From Octopus sinensis (taxonomy: Eukaryota), in contig NW_021828349.1 of the NCBI RefSeq assembly GCF_006345805.1, positions 1 through 8,736 of the forward strand: a stretch of DNA of 8,736 nt, in the 5' to 3' direction. Shown in pieces: positions 1 to 7,806 of the stretch. Every line of letters starts with the position of its first letter. Within the stretch, counting starts at the first letter, position 1. A program made the translations under genes and the position numbers. The notes below the pieces were generated by a model. The model was not told the origin of the DNA, did no database searches, and saw nothing but the letters and a program-made list of their open reading frames with translations.

Positions 1-834
1 TGCTCTATCATGCCTGTTGATAAACTCTGTCGAAGCCAGACGGCTGCACATGGAGACAATATGATCGATGGTTTCAGCCTGCTGTTTCCAGACACGACAT
101 GGTGGGCCGCTACCGTTTTTTAAGATGTTGGCCTGGAAGCTTCTTGCAGGCAGGCATTGGTTCTGGGCTGCTATGATAAACCCTTCTGTCTCTGATTTTA
201 AGCCAGCAAACTCTAACCATTGATGGGTAAGGGCTTTGTCAACATTAGAGTTATTAACTCTCTTCGGGTATTTGCCATTGAGAGGTTTTTCTAGCCATTT
301 ATCAGCTAGAATATCTAAGGCAGCAGTTTTAGCGAGTGCTTTCATACGTTTAGCTTTTCCTGTGCTTGTTTCCAGTACATCTTATTCTGAGATTTACCGT
401 ATTTGGAATTCACTTGGATATTTCCTCGCCTGTTTTGTTACTGAGAATGTAGTTTTTGTTGTTGTTGTTGTTTTCGTGCTTTGTCATGTTTTAGCATCCA
501 GTCATCAGAATTTTTCAGATAAATGTTTAGACCAATTGTGGCAATCTTCAGTCTCAATTCAAGTTGCAAAAGTTCACGGCCACCCTCTTTTCTTGGCAAG
601 TAAAGTCGTTCTACATCTAGCTTAGGGTGGTGCATTCTATTCATCATCAACAACTTTCGAATTTTTCTGCCAAGCTTACAGATTTCGGTAATTGACCAAT
701 TAATAATATTGAGACTGTAGGTCACGACCGGAATGGTGAGAGTATTGATCATTTCGATCCTGTGCCTTGCATTCAGCTGTCTTGATTATTGCCCTTACCC
801 TGCCATGACATTCTTTGCAAATCCTTTCCCTCCC
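1..834 (-). mobile_element. Decayed, 5'-truncated R4/Dong-clade non-LTR retrotransposon fragment (post-RT region to CCHC zinc knuckle); continues off the left edge
   Basis: Manual minus-strand translation: ERICKECHGRVRAIIKT / frameshift ~775 / LNARHRIEMINTLTIPVVTYSLNIINW...RKIRKLLMMNRMHHPKLDVERLYLPRKEGGRELLQLE...KLHS / frameshift ~440 / VTKQARKYPSEFQIR*ISE*DVLETSTGKAKRMK...KWLEKPLNGKYP...THQWLEFAGLKSETEGFIIAAQNQCLPARSFQANILKNGSGPPCRVWKQQAETIDHIVSMCSRLASTEFINRHDRA. The HHPKxDVERLYLPRKEGGRGL, LKxETEGFIxAAQDQ and CRxC..ETIxHIxSxC..RHD motifs are hallmarks of R4/Dong-type elements. Two frameshifts, two stops and a C->W change in the knuckle indicate a dead copy. Confidence 0.92.
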
Positions 835-976
835 ATCATCATCACCATTATCATTATTATCATTATTGCTGCTGCTGCTGCTGCTACTACTACTACTACA
901 ACGTCTACTACTACAACTACTACTACTACTACAACTACTACTACTACTTACTAATACTACTAACTACTACTACTAC

Positions 977-1008
<32 letters not shown>
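835..1008. repeat. Compound trinucleotide microsatellite (CAT)n-(TAT/CAT)n-(TGC)6-(TAC)n
   Basis: Directly visible; abuts the 5'-truncation point of the LINE fragment. Confidence 0.97.
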
Positions 1009-1094
1009 GTTCTAGTGTTGTTGATATTCAATCTTGTTGCTGTTCTTGTTCATCGTAAATAGTAATATTAATGTTCACTTCTCTTACTGATAGT

Positions 1095-1449
1095 CTATAA
1101 TATACATACATGCAAATATATGAGTATATATATGCATGAATATATATATGCAATATATAATATATATACACATATATTATGTGTATGTATATTATATATA
1201 TTATATATATATATATATATAATATATATATATATATAATATATATACATAATTATATATATATACATATATATATATATTATATATATAATATATATAA
1301 GTACACACCATACATATATTTCTCTTTGAGTGTATTTTAAATATATATGCAAATATATACATATATATACCACATATATATATATTATGTGTATGTATAT
1401 ATATAGATGTATGTATAAATGTGTGTGCGTGAATATATATGTGTGTGTG

Positions 1450-1499
<50 letters not shown>

Positions 1500-1505
1500 A
1501 ATACA
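1095..1505. repeat. Degenerate (TA)n-rich microsatellite with a perfect (TA)n run near 1452-1486
   Basis: Directly visible dinucleotide repeat. Confidence 0.95.
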
Positions 1506-1579
1506 CACACCTTTCTCTTAGTGGTAGACCACTGTGAAAAAAAATCATAATAAATATTAGTAATACTAACGGTTTATAA

Positions 1580-1686
1580 GAACAATAAAAACAACAATAA
1601 TAAAAATAATAATAATAATAATAATCATAATAATAATAATAATAATATAAACCACAACAACGACAAGAAGAAGAGGAACAACAACA
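1580..1686. repeat. (AAT)n / (AAC)n trinucleotide microsatellite
   Basis: Directly visible. Confidence 0.9.
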
Positions 1687-1901
1687 AGCCAATGCTATAA
1701 GGACATTGTTTCTAGTTTCCAAAAGCTAAGCCAATATACAAAAAGTGCAAACATAAACAAACACAAAATGGAAGCAAAAACACTAAAAACACACTCAAAA
1801 AAGAAAATAATAAGTAAAATAAAACAAATTCTATATTCCTCCAATAGTTTGTTGATGTCTGCTATAATTTCGTTTATTTTTTTTTTGTTTTTTTTTTTCA
1901 G

Positions 1902-2040
1902 CCATTGATGCAGTTGATGGTATCGCTTCTTACGATGGTCTTAGAACTGTTGAAAAGTCTTCGGCAGAAACACTTAAAAGCATCGTAGTTTTAAGAATTG
2001 GTCTTTTCATTTTTTTTTTGTTCCTGTGTTTTTTGATTTG
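1902..2040 (+). CDS. Possible host exon (unverified); 3' boundary uncertain
   Basis: A long poly-T tract ends in TTCAG at 1897-1901, followed by a higher-complexity open frame (x)IDAVDGIASYDGLRTVEKSSAETLKSIVVLRIGLFIFFLF. Only weak donors are present (GTAGTT 1985, GTATTT 2041); the frame stays open to TAA 2189-2191, but T-rich DNA is often stop-poor. No recognisable family. Confidence 0.2.
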
Positions 2041-2196
2041 GTATTTTCTCCTGTTTTTTTGTTTTCTTGTTTGGTTTTCTATTTTATTTAAATTTTTTTT
2101 TTTCGTGTGGGGTGCTGCTGTATTTTTTTGTATTATGGTGAATCTATATAAAAATTCTATTCTGCTTTTTTATTTACTCTTTACATTTTAATTGTA

Positions 2197-2198
<2 letters not shown>

Positions 2199-2237
<39 letters not shown>

Positions 2238-2680
2238 ATGTGTGTGTGTGTATGCGTGTGTGTGTGTGTGTGTGTATGCGTGTGTGTATTGTGTGCGCGC
2301 GCGCATATGTACACACAAATATATACATGCTAGGTGAAATTCTTAAGGTGCTAAGTAAACAAAGCATTGTATATCTATTATGTGGGTGTGGGTGTGTGTA
2401 GGTGTGTATGCATGTATATATACAAACATGTATAAATGTATATTTATATAAGTGTGTGTGTACATACATATGTAAGCATATATACAGACATACACACACA
2501 CACACTCACACATACATATATATATATATATTTGTATGTTGATAGATAGATAGATCGATCGATATGTTTGCGTATATATATGTATATATATATATATACA
2601 CATATATATATATAGGTATGTATATAAGCATGTATGTATATGTACGCATAAAATCGAACACACGTGCACAAGGTGTGTGT
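2199..2680. repeat. Compound (TG)n/(CG)n/(TA)n/(CA)n microsatellite field
   Basis: Perfect (TG)17 at 2199-2232, followed by degenerate dinucleotide arrays. Confidence 0.93.
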
Positions 2681-2789
2681 AGTGTTAGTTCGTGGGTCGA
2701 CTGCATTTTTAGGCGTTAGAGAATATACTCTCAATGCGCCTGATGTTAAAACACCTGAAACTAAGTCATAAGTCACATTAGGTACATGT

Positions 2790-2838
2790 ACACAAACATA
2801 CACACACACACTTTCATACATACATTCATACATACACA
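2790..2838. repeat. Short (CA)n/(CATA)n array immediately 5' of a LINE fragment
   Basis: acaaacatacacacacacactttcatacatacattcatacatacaca. Confidence 0.85.
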
Positions 2839-3553
2839 ATGCGGAACTTACACCTTTTGTACCCTGAATATGAATAATTCCCATTTGTACCCATCGTCAT
2901 GGGTGCATTAGGTTATTTGTGCAAAAATTTGTACAAAATCCTAGAAGTACTCGGTGCCACAGAGAAACAGTAAAAGAAACTGATGTGGATTCTCCAAATT
3001 CAATCTATTAATGACACAGAAAGGATTTGTAAGACATTCCGAAACCTTCCCATGTGAGATTCTTCTGTGAATAGACTCGGAAACTTGAGGTGTATGCATC
3101 TACAGTTCAACCAGCACCAAATCAACCACAGATTTACGGACACCGGGAACTCTCTTCACTAAAGTGTCTTGTCGCTTTGATAGCGACCAGCTTGAATTTT
3201 TTTTTTTGTTCCTTCTCGAGCCACGCCTACCTCATAAGGGCCGGTTTCCTGGTTTCCTTGGCGTAAAGGCTCCTCACCTTGATAGGACGCCGGTCCGTCG
3301 CAGGTGAGCTGCAAGATGCAGGAGGAAAGAGTGTGAGAAAGTGGTGGCAAAAGAGTCAACAAAAGTTCGCCATTACCTTCAGCCGGAGTCGCGTGGAGCT
3401 TAGGTGTTTCGCTCATAAGCACACACCCCGCCCGGCCTGAGATTCAAACCCGCGATCCCTCGACCGCGAATCCGCTGCTTTAACCACTAGGCGATGTGCC
3501 TCCACTTGAACGTTTTTAGATGAACTTAAATAAAAGTCAAAGAAAAATCATAA
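2839..3553 (+). mobile_element. 3' end of an RLE-type (R4/Dong-like) non-LTR retrotransposon: C-terminus of the endonuclease region plus 3'UTR, interrupted by a SINE at 3197-3505
   Basis: One frame from 2839 to 3057 reads MRNLHLLYPEYE*FPFVPIVMGALGYLCKNLYKILEVLGATEKQ*KKLMWILQIQSINDTERICKTFRNLPM*. This fits the LRNLxxLYPxYxFxFxPIxxGALG...LQxxSxxGTxKICKTF C-terminal signature I recall for RLE LINEs. Putative 3'UTR has a stem-loop GTCGCT-ttgat-AGCGAC (3171-3187) and AATAAA (3529-3534), ending at a (CATA)n array at 3554. Confidence 0.8.
3197..3505 (-). mobile_element. Full-length tRNA-derived SINE with A11 tail and candidate 5-bp target-site duplication (TTGAA)
   Basis: Minus strand starts GTGGAGGCACATCGCCTAGTGGTTAAAGCAGCGG. 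Pol III A box TCGCCTAGTGG at 3484-3494 and B box GGGTTTGAATC at 3441-3451. Internal CCTGCGACGGACCGGCGTCCTATCAAGGTG (3275-3304) resembles the V-SINE core motif. 3' end ...GGCTCGAGAAGGAAC-A11. TTGAA flanks both sides (3192-3196 and 3506-3510). Confidence 0.9.
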
Positions 3554-4033
3554 CATACATACATACATACATACATACATACAAACATACAAACATACAT
3601 ACATACCTACATACATACATATACATACATACATACATACAACATATATACATACATCCTGTATACATACATACATACATACATACATACATGATACATT
3701 ACTACATACAATACATACATACATACATACATACACTCTACATACATACATAATACACCATGCATACATAAATACATACAAACAAACATACATACATACA
3801 CACATACATACACACACACATACATACCATACATACTACATACTACACACACACCACACCCATACACACACACATACACACAACACATACATACACACAT
3901 CCAAACATACATACACTACACACACACACATACATACATACATACTACATACAACATACATTCATACATACATACATACATACAAATATACATACCATAA
4001 AATACATACATACAAACATAATACATACGTACA

Positions 4034-4072
<39 letters not shown>

Positions 4073-4145
4073 CTACCTACATACATACATACATACCTAC
4101 ATACATACATACATACATACATACATACATAATACATATACATAC
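3554..4145. repeat. ~590-bp degenerate (CATA)n tetranucleotide array with (CA)n patches
   Basis: Directly visible. Confidence 0.97.
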
Positions 4146-4320
4146 GAGCAATTGTTCATAAATAAAGCTGATATGTCAGAGGTAGAAGAAGAGCAAAGGA
4201 AGAATAGGAAGAAACAGGCTTCAATGTGAGTGGACAACAAGAAAGCCTTTGACTCTGTCCCCTTTCATGGATGCTGAAAGCCCTTCGACTTGTTAAAGTT
4301 CCAGAGATCATGATCAAAAC
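4146..4320 (+). mobile_element. Internal reverse-transcriptase fragment of an R4/Dong-like non-LTR retrotransposon
   Basis: EQLFINKADMSEVEEEQRKNRKKQASM*VDNKKAFDSVP / -1 frameshift ~4262 / LSWMLKALRLVKVPEIMIKT matches the R4-type RT segment EQLLINK...WIDYKKAFDSVPHxWI (motif A region). One stop and one frameshift. Confidence 0.85.
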
Positions 4321-4330
4321 GAAGCACGAA

Positions 4331-4445
4331 CAAATAACCCCGTTGTTGATGTTGAAATTCCAATGAGGTAACCTTGGATCAAAATTAGAATTGACTCTTT
4401 TTCTATTAGCCAGAAATCTTGAAATAACTGAATAATGACATACTC
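4331..4445. repeat. ~110-bp unit, copy 1 (direct repeat of 4687-4800), abutting a (CATA)n array
   Basis: Shares an identical 25-mer GTTGTTGATGTTGAAATTCCAATGA (4342-4366 = 4700-4724) and CTGAATAATG(A/G)CATA with copy 2; the middle is diverged but colinear. Confidence 0.85.
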
Positions 4446-4449
4446 ATAA

Positions 4450-4625
4450 TTACATACATACATCATACATCTACATACATCATACATACATACATAACGT
4501 ATACATACATAACATACGTACATACATACATAGCATACGTACATACATACGTACATACATACGTACATACATACATACATACATACATACATACATACAT
4601 ACATACATAAACATATGTAGACATA
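4450..4625. repeat. (CATA)n array with CGTA variants
   Basis: Directly visible. Confidence 0.95.
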
Positions 4626-4686
4626 CAACTATATTTATGGGAATACATACGCAAAACAAAGCATAAAAATCTGCACAAATACATAC

Positions 4687-4800
4687 AAAATACCCTGTTG
4701 TTGTTGATGTTGAAATTCCAATGAAGAAGCCTCGAATCTAGGTTAGAAACCGGTTCTTTCTCTGATGGCAAGAAAAAACACTGAATAATGGCATAAATAA
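4687..4800. repeat. ~110-bp unit, copy 2, flanked by CATA repeats on both sides
   Basis: See copy 1; flanks are acatacaaaata... and ...aaatacatacat. Confidence 0.85.
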
Positions 4801-4828
4801 ATACATACATTTATACGTATAAAGATAG

Positions 4829-4909
4829 TTATACTCTCGTGGAAGTACTCTCTGTTCACTGATGAAATTGTTAATTGTGGGATTGGGACAATGGAAAACT
4901 TAATCTCAG
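4829..4909 (+). CDS. Possible 81-nt symmetric (phase 1-1) exon, unverified
   Basis: Consensus donor CAG|GTAAGT at 4907-4915 and an open frame VILSWKYSLFTDEIVNCGIGTMENLIS. The acceptor (TAG 4826-4828) lacks a good pyrimidine tract. No recognisable family. Confidence 0.15.
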
Positions 4910-4984
4910 GTAAGTTATGGTCCATAAATATCTATCCCGGTCGTTATACTGGGGGCATTCCATCAGTTTGTATAATAACATATA

Positions 4985-5223
4985 GTAGACACAAACACAC
5001 ACACATAAATATATATTTCCACACAAACGTGTGTGTGTGTGTGCAATTGTGTTTTTATATACATTTTTTCTATACCTATATATGTGTATACATTTACAGA
5101 AACACGGACACGTATATGTATTGCTATATATGCACATATTTCTCTCTCCCTTTCTCTCTCTCTCTATTATATATATACACACACATTAAATATATATATA
5201 TATATATATAATATCTATATATA

Positions 5224-5268
<45 letters not shown>

Positions 5269-5650
5269 GTATACACACGTATATATATATAGATATACCG
5301 CACACATATATATATTATATATATGTATATATGGATATATTATATATATGTACACACATGCATGCAAACGCACACACATAGACAAACACGCAGGCATGCA
5401 CATACCCCCCCCCCCACACACACATATACACACACATATATATAACAGATATATATATATATCTATATATATATATATATATATCTTTGTGTGTGTGGTG
5501 TGTGTTTGTATATATGTGTATCTGTGTGTATTTAGGTGTGTCTGCATATTCCTGTATGTATGTATGCATGTAAGAATGTATGTACGTATGTACGTATGTA
5601 TTATGAATGTATTTGGGGGAGATTTATGTGTGTGTGTGTGTGTGTGGTGT
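4985..5650. repeat. Compound (CA)n/(TG)n/(TA)n/(CT)n/(TATG)n microsatellite field
   Basis: Directly visible, with a long (TA)n run near 5219-5265. Confidence 0.9.
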
Positions 5651-5827
5651 TTAAAATATCGTGTTCCAACGCTATGTATGAGACGTGTAGATTACACTAA
5701 AGGTATGGGGTATGGTATACCTTTAAAGTTTCCGAGGAGATTAAGTGCCGATCATAATCCGATTAAGCTGCGTTAAAGAGCAAGATTCGTGACTCAAATA
5801 GGAAATGGTAACTTTAATTAGAATGCT

Positions 5828-5874
5828 ACGTATACGTATATATGCGTGAATGCGTGCGTATATATGTATGTATA

Positions 5875-5927
<53 letters not shown>

Positions 5928-5981
5928 ACATACATACATACATAGATATATACATACATACATATATATACATATATTTAT

Positions 5982-6060
<79 letters not shown>

Positions 6061-6072
6061 ATATATATATAA
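5828..6072. repeat. (TA)n microsatellite with CATA interruptions
   Basis: Directly visible. Confidence 0.95.
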
Positions 6073-6133
6073 TACGTATGCTATTTGTTATTATATATAA
6101 GTTTTAATTGTTTTTTACATAAGAAAATTTAAA

Positions 6134-6352
6134 TGAATGAGCTGGCAAGAATCGTTAGCGCGTCGGACAAAATATTCAGTGGCATTTCTTCCGACTCCTT
6201 GCGTTCTATGTTCAAACCCTGCTGCACTTAACTTTTTGGCATCTATAACATATAGTACCAGTCAGGTACTGTGGTCGGTGTAATCGACAAGTCTCGTCCA
6301 ACAAAATGTCAGCCCTTGTGCCTATAGTAAAAAAGCAAGTATTATTATTATT

Positions 6353-6355
<3 letters not shown>
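6134..6355 (+). mobile_element. Diverged tRNA-derived SINE (family 'GGCGGCGAGCTGGCAGAA'), copy A, with (ATT)n tail
   Basis: Head GAGCTGGCAAGAATCGTTAGC; B-box-like TGTTCAAACCC; 3' part GTACCAGTCAGGTACTGTGGTCGGTGTAATCGAC...CCTTGTGCCTATAGTA; then (ATT)5. Homologous to copies at 6409 and 7566. Confidence 0.85.

Positions 6356-6395
<40 letters not shown>
6356..6395. repeat. (AAT)13 microsatellite forming a perfect 32-bp palindrome (6340-6371) with the preceding (ATT)5
   Basis: t-attattattattatt|aataataataataat-a. Confidence 0.95.
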
Positions 6396-6397
<2 letters not shown>

Positions 6398-6408
6398 CAA
6401 TATTAATT

Positions 6409-6608
6409 TGGCGAGCTGGCCAAGCCGTTTGCACGTCGGCCAAAGTGCTTGCATCCGTATTTACGTTTTGAGTTCAAATTTCACTGAAGTCGACTTTGCC
6501 TTTCATTCTTTCGAGGTTGATGAAATAAGTAATCGACTTACCCCTTACACCCAAAATTTGAAACCATCATTATTATTATCATTATTATTATCATTATTAT
6601 TATTATTA
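6409..6608 (+). mobile_element. tRNA-derived SINE, same family, copy B, with an internal deletion and (ATT)n tail
   Basis: GGCGAGCTGGCCAAGCCGTTTGCACG...GAGTTCAAATT (B box)...GACTTTGCCTTTCATTCTTTCGAGGTTGATGAAATAAGTA|ATCGAC. It lacks the CCAGT..GGTCG..TGTA segment seen in copy A; the junction has GTA microhomology. Followed by (ATT)n and then (AGT)n to ~6632. Confidence 0.88.
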
Positions 6609-6635
6609 GTAGTAGTAGTAGTAGTAGTAGTAGTT

Positions 6636-6818
6636 GTGTGTTTATGTGTCTGTGTCCGCCACCATCGCTTGACAACTGATATTCGTGTGTTCACGTCCCC
6701 GTAACATAGTGGCTCGGCAAAAGATACCGATAGAATCGATACTAGGTTTACAAAGAATAAGTTCTGGGATCGATTTGTTCGATTCAAGCCGGTGCTCCAG
6801 CATGACCGCATCAAATGA
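6636..6818 (+). mobile_element. Headless SINE-like 3' module (inverted partner of 8168-8378)
   Basis: CATCGCTTGACAAC...GTGTGTTCACGTCCCCGTAAC...CGGCAAAAGATACCGATAGAAT...GGTGCTCCAGCATG...CAAATGA is colinear with the reverse complement of 8197-8377 (roughly 80% identity by eye). No Pol III boxes in this copy. Confidence 0.85.
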
Positions 6819-6839
6819 AAATATGTATATATATATAAG

Positions 6840-6850
6840 TATTATTATTA

Positions 6851-6915
<65 letters not shown>
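6840..6915. repeat. (ATT)n microsatellite
   Basis: Directly visible. Confidence 0.97.
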
Positions 6916-7469
6916 GAGTGAGCGAGCAGAGCATGCCATCAAAGTGACACTGGGGTAAAATATACGAAGCCCAGTATACCCATCATGACTACCCGTCTGA
7001 TAAGGGTACACCAGGCACATGCATCACAACCATATGTGCGCGACATGGTGGATCTCATATCAAGATAAACAGCACATGACCTTGCAGGTGGAGCCCAGTT
7101 AGAATTTTCTTCAGATCGAGTAACCCATCCCGCAAACGGTCCCTGATTAAGGGTTGTTTAAGGATGTTGAACGAAACACTCATGTTTCCAGAGGTGAATT
7201 ATTCAAAACCCAAAGAATCCTTCTCAACCACATGGCTATGATGCTCCCCACTACTTCTGCGCGTGTGATCAGAGATGCACATATCGTCAGCCACTAAGGG
7301 ACATGGTCAACTGGTTATGGTCAAACAACTGACAAGCAAATCTGTGGTATTCAGCAGAATATTTGCTGTAGCCCATTTTATACCAAGACAAAACAATGTA
7401 CATGATAACACTTCCAATCAGTTAAGATCAGAAGCCATGAGAGCCACTGCCTGGTACTGCATCAGGGCA
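6916..7469. mobile_element. ~554-bp non-coding interspersed-repeat-like element inserted in an (ATT)n/(AAT)n microsatellite
   Basis: A higher-GC, high-complexity block with sharp boundaries and (ATT)n arrays directly on both sides; no credible ORF or terminal inverted repeats. It resembles an abundant octopus repeat as I recall it (not verified). Orientation is not established. Confidence 0.65.
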
Positions 7470-7494
7470 TTTTATTATTATTATTATTATTATG

Positions 7495-7550
<56 letters not shown>

Positions 7551-7560
7551 CATCATTACC
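7470..7560. repeat. (ATT)n microsatellite ending in (CAT)n
   Basis: Directly visible. Confidence 0.97.
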
Positions 7561-7565
7561 ATTAA

Positions 7566-7650
7566 GGCGGCGAATTGGCAGAATCGTTTGCAAAATGCTT
7601 TTCGTTTGTCTTTACGTTCTGAGTTCAAATTCTGCCGAGGTCGATTTTAT
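7566..7650 (+). mobile_element. tRNA-derived SINE, same family as A/B, copy C; 5' part only
   Basis: GGCGGCGAATTGGCAGAATCGTTTGCAAAATGCTT...TTTACGTTCTGAGTTCAAATTCTGCCGAGGTCGATTTT; A-box-like TGGCAGAATCG and B box GAGTTCAAATTC; homology stops near 7650. Confidence 0.85.
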
Positions 7651-7806
7651 CCATACCATATGCAATTAAGAGGGAAAAAGTAGAGAAATCCAAGCCATAT
7701 GTTAATGGATCTAAGAAATGCAACTGATGCGTAGGAGAAAGATCTCATATTTTTCTCCGATCCTCAATTTCAACACACTGCTTGATTTGAGATCTGAAAC
7801 TTTTAC

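Noticed and set aside
236-625. 129-aa plus-strand ORF
   Set aside because: It is the antisense shadow of the R4/Dong LINE fragment on the minus strand.
2718-2746. Imperfect hairpin GGCG..GAGAATATACTCTC..CGCC
   Set aside because: Short and mismatched; expected by chance.
3159-3422. 87-aa minus-strand ORF
   Set aside because: It lies almost entirely within the tRNA-derived SINE.
3441-3505. tRNA-like A/B boxes as a tRNA gene
   Set aside because: No complete cloverleaf; the sequence continues into a SINE body with an A-tail and TSD.
4331-4800. Repeat-spacer pattern as a CRISPR-like array
   Set aside because: Only two diverged units in eukaryotic-type DNA, the spacer is microsatellite, and there are no cas genes.
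733-6072. Most ORFs in the supplied track between 733 and 6072 (poly-Y/I/CV/HT/MYVC proteins)
   Set aside because: They are translations of (TA)n, (TG)n, (CATA)n and trinucleotide repeats, which lack stop codons in some frames; they have no protein-like complexity.
7395-7440. Loose resemblance of the 554-bp element's end (minus strand) to the U2 snRNA 5' region
   Set aside because: Only scattered short matches that need several gaps; no Sm site or other U2 structure is seen.
6212-7683. ORFs with poly-I/N/Y tracts across the SINE cluster
   Set aside because: They are SINE and (ATT)n read-through with no recognisable domains.
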